Part shown: one piece after another, positions 36,301-44,800 of the stretch | Layout: every line of letters begins with the position of its first letter | Position numbering within the stretch: position 1 is the first letter of the stretch | IMG/VR virus record: IMGVR_UViG_3300028578_000003 | Location: 32,001-96,000 of that record | Length of the DNA: 64,000 nt | DNA from: a virus | Strand: one strand, 5' to 3' | Notes under the pieces: generated by a model | What the model was told of the DNA's origin: nothing | Database searches by the model: none | What the model saw: only the letters and a program-made list of their open reading frames with translations | Made by a program: the position numbers and the translations under genes

Positions 36301-36707
36301 CGTCGACGTCGGTCGCGGCGACCGCTGGGTTTGCCGCCGGCTCCGGCGCCGCGCAGGACGCCACGGCGACGTCGGCGCCAACCGTCGGTGCGGCCGCCGA
36401 GCCAGCCGGCGCGGTCGGGGCGGCGCACGGGGCGACCGTCCACGCCGCGGTGGGTGCCGGGCCCGCCGGGGCGACCGGCGCCGCGTACGGGGCCACCGTG
36501 TCGGCGGGCGCGGTAGTTGAGGTAGAGGCACAGCACGCCGGTGCGGTCGGGACCTCCGGACCGGCCACGGTCGCGGTCGCGGTCCTCGCCGGGGTCGCGG
36601 CCGGGACGGGCGCCGCGGCGGCGCCGGCACAGCGGGGCGCGGTCCGCGCCTACCCGCACCGCATCACCAACACCACCGAGGTGGCCGCCGTGAGGAGGAC
36701 CGTATGA
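33390..36707 (+). CDS. fibre/adhesin-like virion protein: N-terminal LamG-like domain, beta domains, C-terminal Ala/Gly/Thr repeats
   Basis: W..VAVT...FNGRIAVVAAWNSVLT..QI (LamG-like); 20-aa repeats. Confidence 0.75.
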   Translation: MAVRHLDGTNDRILCNLGSGAVGAMTYAAFIKRGADNAWHHVMGLHTTAGAQNVTALEISGGNNRLNYNVDSGSGGVESPITVTVSDGWVVVAVTKATGTATPRFHKVVPGGSAEHEDAFGTAVNAARTPACWSIGEWEGTDDFNGRIAVVAAWNSVLTNGQIEALAGSEQAWIDADPDTLLLLDQASTATPVVDLTGGGADETALTGTSVIDGDDPPGFGSAPIRLAVETSPWVNSAVFTHTLDAVARVDDVLYVAHYTQGSGGANMLEPTSPAGTWNLLGTASEVGWAPAIKLWSIKLTSGNIDGGHPTITIPQNGASSHRADILLARNASETPEDVQVSTGDSTSGHVTPAADADTVGAIVWRQVVTRGGDTGTYDWPTSAEKTDSATGSGSGGGVASSATRTSSATGSQGTETVTGSAVTAWGENAAATLTIGSATADTQAAAGNAAATGTAYQATVSTNQIHKAGDRGSAQNLTSETSTLVDLPSGSQIAVGSFLVARVAADNAGTNGAAVTLTVTDPRSHTWTILGPANADPGAANAGATCWIAYTQVVTAYSDGDDLTVGYSGVSVPAKAIVVEEWRNIGGVAVAATTATGASGTPSISRTPTAALQLLYTAMAVEGPAGDTYTQDSDTTDGSWATNTSLSTASGTAASNQTIRGAYKIVSGTGAQTWNPTITSRDWAAVAVVFALAVHAPAGAAAGSGTAYDATVSTAGGVSPNAGTATGTGVAHGAAASVAANAGHAAGTGVAHAASTSVAAGAGAASATGVAHFEPGTSISVTLIADSPVEATGTAYDATVSTAVDVETNAGAATAAGVAHGPSTSVAAGAGTVTGTGVAHGAAASVAANAGHAAGTGVAHAASTPVATGASTATGTGVAHGAAASVSAGPGTATAAGVAHGPSTSVATNTGAATGTGVAHFEPGTSISLTLIADSPVEATGTAYDATVSSSAVVHADAGHATGTGVAHAASTSVAATAGFAAGSGAAQDATATSAPTVGAAAEPAGAVGAAHGATVHAAVGAGPAGATGAAYGATVSAGAVVEVEAQHAGAVGTSGPATVAVAVLAGVAAGTGAAAAPAQRGAVRAYPHRITNTTEVAAVRRTV
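35557..36310 (+). repeat. ~60-bp period intragenic tandem repeats with longer near-exact duplications
   Basis: ACCGGCACAGGTGTGGCGCATGGCGCGGCAGCGTCGGT x3; the HFEPGTSIS.TLIADSPVEATGTAYDATVS block x2. Confidence 0.85.
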
Positions 36708-37411
36708 GCGGGGTCGTCGACGTCGGTGAGGCCTTGGAGCTGACCTTTGAGGCCTCACCCAGCGCGCTGGTGACCGCCAGCTGGCTGGACCCGGACCAGA
36801 TGCCGGTCATCGACGCCGAGGAGGTGGTGGAGAACCCGGCGGCCAGCGGGAAGTACCCCAAGACGTTCGTGCCGACCGTCGCCGGTGTGTGGACGGCCAT
36901 GTTCCTGGGGCCCGGCCAGCCGCAAACGTACTGGATCCGGGCCCGGGCGTTGCTCGGGCCGCTGCCGTTCGCGGTGGTCGGCGACGTCCGGGACCAGTTT
37001 GGGTCGATGACCACCGCGCAGGAGGGCCTGGCGGGGCACCTGGTGCGGGCGGCGTCGGCGCTGCTGCGCCATCAGGTGCCCGAGCTGCAGGCGAACGTCA
37101 CGGCCGGGAAGGTCGACGCGGAGGTCGCCGCGCTCGCCGCGACCAACATGGTCCTGCGTGTGATGCGTAACCCGCAGGGGTTGCGGGCCGAGACCACGGG
37201 CCCGTTCTCGCGCACGTACGACACGACGGCGGCGGCCGGGTTGCTGGTCGTCACCAAGGATGAGCTCGCCGCGGTCACCCCGGTCGAGGAACCAGCACCG
37301 TTGCCCGACGGGTTGGGTGGGCTGGGTATCGGCACGATCCGGGTCGTGCCGGGCATGGCGCCGCCGGTGGACCGGGCGTTCTGGATCGGTGGTCCGCGTG
37401 GCGGTTACTGA
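36704..37411 (+). CDS. head-to-tail adaptor with extra N-terminal beta domain
   Basis: MVLRVMRNPQGLRAETTGPFSRT, an actinophage adaptor motif. Confidence 0.8.
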   Translation: MSGVVDVGEALELTFEASPSALVTASWLDPDQMPVIDAEEVVENPAASGKYPKTFVPTVAGVWTAMFLGPGQPQTYWIRARALLGPLPFAVVGDVRDQFGSMTTAQEGLAGHLVRAASALLRHQVPELQANVTAGKVDAEVAALAATNMVLRVMRNPQGLRAETTGPFSRTYDTTAAAGLLVVTKDELAAVTPVEEPAPLPDGLGGLGIGTIRVVPGMAPPVDRAFWIGGPRGGY

Positions 37412-37727
37412 GACGGTGACTGTGCTGCGCCGACCACTGAGGGACAACTTCGGGAACCGGCCGGCCGGGTCGACCCCGCAGTGGGATGTGCCCGGCTGCC
37501 AGTTCGCGCCCGGGCCATCGCAGGAGATGGGCGCCGGCGGCGGCCAGGTGGACAGCGACGGAACGATCTACGGCCCGCCGGTCACGGACATCAACGCGAT
37601 CGTCCCGGACGGCATCAAGGCGACCGACGAGATCCGGGTCCGTGGCGTCGACTACCAGGTCGTCGGCGAGGTCCGGGACTGGGGTGCGTCCGGGTCGGTG
37701 ATCGTCCTCAAGCGCGTCGTCGGCTGA
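37398..37727 (+). CDS. head-to-tail stopper
   Basis: TVTVLR...D.FGN...ATDEIRVRG..YQVVGE...W...LKRV.G. Confidence 0.8.
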   Translation: MAVTETVTVLRRPLRDNFGNRPAGSTPQWDVPGCQFAPGPSQEMGAGGGQVDSDGTIYGPPVTDINAIVPDGIKATDEIRVRGVDYQVVGEVRDWGASGSVIVLKRVVG

Positions 37728-37752
37728 GCCGCCCCTGACCGTTGGCCCGTCG

Positions 37753-38283
37753 ATGGAGGTGGTCGCCGTGGCGAAGCGAAAGTCGAAGCGGATCTACTTC
37801 GGACCGACGGATCTGCGTAACCGGCGGGTGACGGCGTACAGCTCCCCCAGGCTGATCGTCGAGTTTGAGATGAACCGGCGCGGTATCGCGCGGATCGCGG
37901 TCTCGCAGCCGCTGCGGGACGCCACCCGGTCGCTGGTGGTGAACCATGCGATGCCGTACGCGATCTCGATCTCGCCGCACGGCGACACGTTGGAGTACGT
38001 GTCGAGCTGGCGGCCGGCCGAGGGGTTCACGGTGATCGCGGGGATGCGCCGCGCGTCCTGCAAGTTGATCAACGTGTCGGGTCACGCGGCGGCGGTCGAG
38101 TGGATTAGCCCGCGTGGCTTCGGGCGCGGCTACGCCGTGTTGGGTCGCACGTTGGCGCACTTGAACTCGACGTCGCCGATCGCGTTGGCCCGCGCCGCGC
38201 GGGCCGCGAGTCGTAAGCCGTGGAACCCGGATCTGCACTACCGCGGGGCCGCCGGTCGGTTCGCTAAGCGGCCAAGCCCGTAG
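37753..38283 (+). CDS. neck / tail completion protein
   Basis: Synteny; SPHGDT.EY..SW...HAAAVEW. Confidence 0.6.
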   Translation: MEVVAVAKRKSKRIYFGPTDLRNRRVTAYSSPRLIVEFEMNRRGIARIAVSQPLRDATRSLVVNHAMPYAISISPHGDTLEYVSSWRPAEGFTVIAGMRRASCKLINVSGHAAAVEWISPRGFGRGYAVLGRTLAHLNSTSPIALARAARAASRKPWNPDLHYRGAAGRFAKRPSP

Positions 38284-38386
38284 GTAGACCCCGGGCCGCC
38301 CCCAGCGCCCGGGCCGGCCGTCTTACCGCATCCGCGGCGGGGGCCTCAGCGCCGCTGAGGCTGGCACGCCGATCGTAATCCGGCCG

Positions 38387-38812
38387 GTGAGGGGGTGGCG
38401 ATTGAGCAGCCCTGTGGAGCGTGATTTCCCGAACATGGAGCGGCTGCTGTCGGCCGTGTTCGCGGCGCAGTTGGGTGGCCTCGAGCACGTCGGTAACCAG
38501 ACGCCGCCGGACTTGGAGGCGGTGCTGCCGTTCGCCCGGACCGTGCGGACCGGGGGGCCGCGTACGGCCACGATGGACTTCCCGACCGTCGAGGTTGATG
38601 TGTTCGCCGTCGACGAGGCGGCCTGTTCGCCGCTGGCTTCGAGGCTGGCGAACCTGTTGCTGGCCAAGCCGCCGCCGCATCCGTCGATCGACCTGGTGAT
38701 TTGTGACCCGTCGTTTCGTGAGCTGCCGTGGGGCGCCAACGAGAACGTGTACCGGCTGGGCGCGACCTTCTACATCGAGACCCGCATGGTCCGGGTCGTG
38801 CCGCTGCCTTGA
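38387..38812 (+). CDS. tail terminator
   Basis: FPNME, V.RTGG, VEVDVFA, ELPW; upstream of the major tail gene. Confidence 0.75.
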   Translation: MRGWRLSSPVERDFPNMERLLSAVFAAQLGGLEHVGNQTPPDLEAVLPFARTVRTGGPRTATMDFPTVEVDVFAVDEAACSPLASRLANLLLAKPPPHPSIDLVICDPSFRELPWGANENVYRLGATFYIETRMVRVVPLP

Positions 38813-38911
38813 GATTTCCCCGGGCTGGTGCCCGGTGGAGGCCCACCCGCCTTTCACCCCGCCCCGCCTGTCGGGGCAACACCCTGCCTCGACCTGAAAG
38901 GGGACGAGTCA

Positions 38912-39577
38912 ATGGCATTGTTCGATGACCTAGCCGTCAAGAAGAACGAGCTGATCCGGCGGGCCAAGACCGGGTCGGTGTTCGTAGCGGCCATGTCGGT
39001 GGCGATTCCGGCCGCGTGGACGTCCGGCGCCAGCGGCGACCTGATCGCCCTGGATCCGGAGGACTGGACCGACCTGGGGTGGACGAACACCGACGGTGTC
39101 GAGTTCCCCCGGGAGACGGAGTCGGTCGACATGAACAGCTTCGGGTCGTCTGAGCCGACCCGAAGCGACGTGACGCGTGACGAGATCTCGATGAACGTCA
39201 CCGCCCAAGAGACGAAGTTGATCACGATCGGCATCACTACAGGTGCCGATACGGCCGCTATCGAGGCGGCGGCGGTCACCGGCGAAGTGAAGATCAACAA
39301 GCCGGCGAAGCCGCGCCTGCGGTTCTACCGCACGCTGGGGCTGTTCCTCGACCACGACGACAACGGCGACGAAATCTACTTCGGCCGATTCATGCCGCGC
39401 GCCCAGGTCAACGACTTCGGAAGCCAGACGTACAGCGACGACGAGACCGGAATCTCGTACCCCATGACATTCCGGGGCAAAGAGGACAGCACGGCCGGGT
39501 ACGCGCACCAATGGTGGTGGGGCGGAAAAGGCTGGCTGGCCCTGCTCTCCGACATGGGCATCCCGCAGGCCACCTGA
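38912..39577 (+). CDS. major tail tube protein
   Basis: DLGW...DGV, G..EPTRSD, QET, PRAQV. Confidence 0.85.
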   Translation: MALFDDLAVKKNELIRRAKTGSVFVAAMSVAIPAAWTSGASGDLIALDPEDWTDLGWTNTDGVEFPRETESVDMNSFGSSEPTRSDVTRDEISMNVTAQETKLITIGITTGADTAAIEAAAVTGEVKINKPAKPRLRFYRTLGLFLDHDDNGDEIYFGRFMPRAQVNDFGSQTYSDDETGISYPMTFRGKEDSTAGYAHQWWWGGKGWLALLSDMGIPQAT

Positions 39578-39681
39578 TCTCGTCGCCTTCGTGAACCGGA
39601 CCGGGGCGACGTCCGGGTGGGCGCGTCGCCCCGGTCCTCAACAACCTCAAGCCCCACCACCGCCCAAGAGAGGCACGCCCG

Positions 39682-39969
39682 ATGGCCGAGAGCGCCGAGA
39701 GCGGCAGCGAGCCGCGGACCTTCGTCAAGAAGGTCGGCGACCAGACCCTGACCCGCCGGGTCACCACCCCCCTCAGCGAGGTGGCGGCCCGCTACGACGG
39801 CTACAAGCCCGCCGACGAAACCGACGACCAGGAACCCGCCGCCGCCGGCGGCGAGCGGGAGGTCACGGCCGGCACCGCACAGCCGCCACCCAGCCCACCA
39901 ACCCCGCCGCCGGCGCCCCGGCCCGGGCCGGCCACCCGACCCACCCCGCCAGGAAACTCGCCGAGCTGA
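39682..39969 (+). CDS. hypothetical protein
   Basis: SD AGAGG; Pro-rich tail. Confidence 0.6.
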   Translation: MAESAESGSEPRTFVKKVGDQTLTRRVTTPLSEVAARYDGYKPADETDDQEPAAAGGEREVTAGTAQPPPSPPTPPPAPRPGPATRPTPPGNSPS

Positions 39970-40018
39970 CCCGCGAACGACCAGTACCTACTCAACCCGA
40001 ACAGGAGCCCACCCGCTC

Positions 40019-40498
40019 ATGACCAGTCCAGACACCCAGCCCGCCACCACGACCGATCCCGACACCCCGCCGCCCGGGGCCCTCCTCGAGGAGCTCGAAG
40101 ACGACGGCGAGTACAAGCCGCCGTTCCTGCGGATCACGGCCTCCTACCCGGTGGTTTCCGGCAGCCCCGAGCACGTCACGGTCGAGATGAACCTCGACGA
40201 CGGCCCCCTTGGTGAGGAGGACCAGCCCGTCGGGGACGGCAGTGGGGGCGTCAAGTCCTGGTTCACCGACTTCTGTACCAACATCGTCCGCGAGTTGCGC
40301 AGCGGTCGGCCGGCGATCGTCGTGGCCATGAACAACACCGGGGTCACACCCGCCCATGTGAGGTCGCTGCTGGAGGAACGGCTGGCGCAGGCGTGCGACC
40401 AGCCCGCCGAGCAGACAGCCGTGGAGGACCCGCGTGCCACCAACGGCGAGCCGGCGCCGACCGACGAGCACGACTCCACTGTGAAGGACGGCCAGTGA
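40019..40498 (+). CDS. hypothetical protein
   Basis: SD AGGAG; acidic. Confidence 0.6.
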   Translation: MTSPDTQPATTTDPDTPPPGALLEELEDDGEYKPPFLRITASYPVVSGSPEHVTVEMNLDDGPLGEEDQPVGDGSGGVKSWFTDFCTNIVRELRSGRPAIVVAMNNTGVTPAHVRSLLEERLAQACDQPAEQTAVEDPRATNGEPAPTDEHDSTVKDGQ

Positions 40499-41040
40499 TG
40501 GCGGGACCGACCCCAGCGAAGCGGGCCACCGCCCGCAAGACGCCAGCACGCAAAGCCGCCCCAGCGGGCCCGAAGGTCACACTCAACCTCGACACCCTCG
40601 ACAAGGCCAAAGCGTTCCCGGATCTGAAGCTCCCGCGGGTGCCGTTCACCTTCCTGCAGCAGGGAGTCGAGTACGAGCTCGGCGACCCCCGCGACAGCGA
40701 CTGGAAAATGTCGCTGCAGCTGTCCGGCAACCCGTTCCTGCTGATGCGCCACTCGCTGAAGGACGCCGACGAGCCGGTCGACGACCCGACCGAGGACGAG
40801 CTCATGGCGTGCCGGGAACGGCACGGGCTGCCGATGCAGCCGCCCGAGCCGGGCTCCGAGCAGGCCAAGCAGGAGGCCGAAGACTGGCCCGACGGGGTGA
40901 CGGTGGCGCTGATCGACCGGTTCACCGCCTCCTACCTGCCGGGCTGGAAACTCGACGCCCTGTTCAAGAACTGGTACGCCCACTACCAGATCGACCTGAC
41001 CAAGGGCATCCTGCGCGCGCTGCTCGGCAAGTCCGAGTAG
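40498..41040 (+). CDS. tail assembly chaperone (G-like)
   Basis: LNLDTL...PFTF...L.DPRD.DW; synteny. Confidence 0.7.
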   Translation: MAGPTPAKRATARKTPARKAAPAGPKVTLNLDTLDKAKAFPDLKLPRVPFTFLQQGVEYELGDPRDSDWKMSLQLSGNPFLLMRHSLKDADEPVDDPTEDELMACRERHGLPMQPPEPGSEQAKQEAEDWPDGVTVALIDRFTASYLPGWKLDALFKNWYAHYQIDLTKGILRALLGKSE

Positions 41041-41058
41041 CGCGGCCAGGACCCTGTA

Positions 41059-41868
41059 ATGGCCGAGCGACCCGCCACCGAGCTGGACGATCTGGACGGC
41101 GAGTGCCCTGATGGCCCGTTCGCCGTCCAGATCGCCGGCCGCGTGGTGGTGTTCCGCCCGGCCGCCGGGCCCGGGTGGCGCGACCTGATGGAGGCGCTGG
41201 CGTGGCCGCCCGCGTTCATGGAGCTGTACGGGCCGGACGACCCGGACCACGCCGACGCGGTGTGGACGCTGCCGGTCTGGCAGATGCGGGCGCTGCTGCG
41301 CGGCTGGCGGGTCCACCACGGCCTGTCCGTGTCCGACGCCGATCACCTGCGCCTGATCGGGACGCTCGCCAAGCCGGCCATGCGGGCGGCCGCCGAACGG
41401 GACCTGCGGGAGATCCACGGCCTGGACCTGACGCGGGAGTGGCGGCAACGGCGGTGGCGGCGGCTGCTGAACCTGCTCGACGGGGTGCGCCGCGACTCGT
41501 ACCTGTCCGAGGCGATCTCGCTGGATGAGGAGTGGGCCGAGGAGACCCTGAAGCGGGAGGACGCCAAGAAAGAAGAGGACCGACGGCCCCGGCGCCGGCT
41601 GTCAGAGTTCAGTGTCGAGGCCGAGCTGCTCAGCCATGTCGTCGACCGGGTCGGCGAGCTGATCCAGACCGTCGCGGCGACGCGCGGCGCTAAACCGCGC
41701 CGGGTCGAACCGATGCCCCGGCCGGAAAGCGTGGTGCACCGGATGCGGCACCGGCGCGCGCACCGCCAGCACAAGTTCACCGTGGCGCGCGCGTTCGGGT
41801 GGGTCGATGCCAAGGGGCAGCCGACCAGTCGCAGTCCCACGGGCGGGACCACGCCACCTACCACCTGA
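41059..41868 (+). CDS. tail assembly chaperone (T-containing)
   Basis: DL...HGLDL...WR...WRRLLNLLD...DEE...P.PRP; precedes the tape measure gene. Confidence 0.7.
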   Translation: MAERPATELDDLDGECPDGPFAVQIAGRVVVFRPAAGPGWRDLMEALAWPPAFMELYGPDDPDHADAVWTLPVWQMRALLRGWRVHHGLSVSDADHLRLIGTLAKPAMRAAAERDLREIHGLDLTREWRQRRWRRLLNLLDGVRRDSYLSEAISLDEEWAEETLKREDAKKEEDRRPRRRLSEFSVEAELLSHVVDRVGELIQTVAATRGAKPRRVEPMPRPESVVHRMRHRRAHRQHKFTVARAFGWVDAKGQPTSRSPTGGTTPPTT

Positions 41869-41890
41869 TCCTTCGAAGGAGGTAGGTGGC

Positions 41891-44800
41891 GTGGGGACCA
41901 AGACGTTCAGTGCAGGCACGGCATTCCTGACCGTGGTCCCAAGCTTCCTCGACGTCGAGGAGGCGTTCAAGAAGCAGGTCCGCGACATGGCGGCCGCCGC
42001 GGACCGGGACCTGGCCGCCGGCATGGCCCGTGGGCTCAAGGAGGCGAACCGGCAGGCGAAGGGCGCCGGCGCCAAGGCCGGCAGCCAGTTCGCCGGCGCC
42101 TACGAGTCCGAGGCCAAGAAGACGCTGGTCAAGGCGTACCGGTCGCTGCCGGAGCCGCAGCCCGGCGTGAACCTGCGCAAGTGGGACAAGGCGCTGGCCG
42201 CTGTTCGCGGCGAGATGAAGGAACTGTCCGAGCAGCAAATCGGCATCGACATCAACCAGCGGGACTTCGACACCGCGGTCGACCAGATGGCCAAGAAGCT
42301 CGAGGAACTGCGGGGATCCGCGCCGACCGACCGGGGCTGGTTCAACGCCAACCAGGCGGCCCAGGCGCTCGGCGAGCTCCAACGGTTCACCGACGAGGTC
42401 AAACGCCGGACCGGTGAGGCCGGCGAGCAGTCCGGATCCGCGTTCCACCAGGGCATGGCCAAGGCGCTACGCGCCGGCCTGTCCGGGCTGCCGCCGATCA
42501 AGCTGACCGCCGACTCCTCCGACGCCGAACGGGCACTCGAAGGCCTGCGGCAGCGGATGCTCACCCTGCAGTCCAAGCAGATCGGTGTGGACATCGACGC
42601 GGCCGCCGCCTACGCGGAGCTGCGGGCAATCTACCTGGAGTTGCAGCGCCTCGACCGAACCAAGGTGCGGGTGGACATCCGCACCAACGCGCACGAGGCC
42701 GCCGCTGGGATGACCCAGTTCATCTCGGCGGCGGAGCAGGCCGGCCGGTCTACCGAAGGCATCGGGCATCGGGCCCAGTTCAGCATGTCGCGGCTGGAGT
42801 ACCTAATCGCGCTGGGCGTCTCGGTCGGTACCGCGATCGTGCCGGCCGCCGCCGCGGCGGCGGGGGCGATCGGGTTCATCGGCACCGCGGCGATCGGGGC
42901 AATCGCCGGTCTCGGTGTTCTCGCGCTCGGTACCAGCGGTGTCGCTGACGCGGTCAAGGCGCTCAACGGATACCAGCAGGACCAGCTGAAGTCGACCAAC
43001 AGCCTGAACCAGGCGCAACGACGGATGGCCGGGGCGGCGGACCAGATCCGGATGGCGGAGCTGTCGCTGGCCAACACACGGCGCAACATCGCCGAGCAGG
43101 CCGAGGACGCGGCGCGGCGGGTCGCCGACGCCGAGCGCGGGGTGACTGACGCGCGGCGGGAGGGACGCCAGCAGCTGGTCGAGGCGGGCCGCGCCGTCCG
43201 GGAGGCGCAGCGCGCGGTCACCGAGGCCGAGGGTGACGCCCTCGACGTGCGTGAGGCGCTGAACGACGCGATCCGCGAGGCCACCCGTGACATGGCTGAG
43301 CTGGACACGGCGCTCAAGCGCAACAGCCACGAGCAGGAGCAGGCCGTCACGGCGCAGATGGCCGCGCTGGAGGACCTCAACCGGCTCAAGGCCAACCCGC
43401 GCGCGACGGAGATCGAACTGCGCCGTGCGAAGGAGTCGTACGACGAGCAGACGATCCGGCTGGAGGAGTTGCGTAACAAGCAGCGGGAGCTGGCCGATGA
43501 CAAGGCCCGCGCGGACAAGCTCGGGGTGGAAGGCGACCGGCGGGTCATCCAGGCCCGGGAGCGGGTCGCGGACGCGGACGAGCGGGTGGCCCGGGCGCGG
43601 GAACGGCTGGACCGCGAGGTCGAGCAACGGCGTGAGGCCGAGTATCAGGCGTCACGGCGGATCGCGGACGCGCAGCGGCAGTTGGCCGACGCGCAGCGTG
43701 CGCAGACCCGGCAGCAGCTCGACGCGCAGTTCCAGCTGGCGCAGGCGACCCACTCGCTGGAGTCCGCCAAGCGGTCCGAGGCGCAGGCGTGGGAGCAGGC
43801 CGGCGTCGCCGGGGGCGCCGCGCTGGAGAAGCTGAACGAGGAGATGAGCCAGCTCAGCCCGGCCGGGCAGCGGTTCGCGCGCTTTTTGTTCGGTTTGAAG
43901 GATGAGGTGCTGCGGTTGCGGACGGCGGCGGCGGAGCCGCTGCTGCCCCGCCTCGAGGAGGCCATCACCCACGGGCTGCGGTACCTGCCGGGCTTCGAGA
44001 AGTTCGTCGGCAAGGTGGCGGAGAAGACCGGCGATCTGGCGATCGCAGCCGTCGACGCGTTCGGCAACCCGGTGTGGCGCAGGTTTTTCAGCTACGTCGA
44101 CGCGCGGGCCGTGCCGGCGTTACAGACGCTGTTCGACACGGGATCGAACCTGGCGCAGGGCCTGATCTCTCTCTACCTGGCATTGACCCCATTCGATGAG
44201 CCGGTGGGTACGGGCCTGGTCGAGCTGTCCCGCGACTTCGCGCAGTGGGCGGAGCGGCTCAACCGCACGCAGGGCTACCAGGACTTCCTGGACTACGTTG
44301 CCGCGAACGGGCCGCGGGTGGTGAAGTTCCTGGGCGAGGTCGGCGAGCTGCTCATCGACCTGGTCGTGGCGGCCGCCCCCCTGGGCTCGGTCGTACTGCG
44401 GGCGTTGACCGCGATCGTCGACGTGCTCAACTCGATCCCGCAGCCGGCCCTGACGGCGCTGGTGATCGGCATCGGTCTGGTGTCGCTGGGCATGACCACG
44501 CTCGGCGCGGTCATGCGGGTAATCAAGTTCCGGCAGCAGATGATGGACATCTTCGGCCCTCGCGTGGCGCAGATGGTGCAGACGTACGCCGTCGAGACCG
44601 GTCGGGCCACCGAGGCGACCAGCCGGTTCGGGAAAGCGACCGCGACCGTGTCCGGGATGGCCGCCGCGGCGGCCACCCGGGTCCGCGTCCTGGGCGAGGC
44701 GTCCGGCGCGGTGAACACGCAGGCCGGCCGGCTCGCCACCACGGTCGAAGGGCCGCTGCGGCGCGGGCTGGACAGCGTCCGGACGGCCGCTTTCAACGCG

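Noticed and set aside
35557-36310. Duplicated blocks as DGR template/variable repeats
   Set aside because: No reverse transcriptase; both copies are in frame within one gene, and differences are not adenine-specific.
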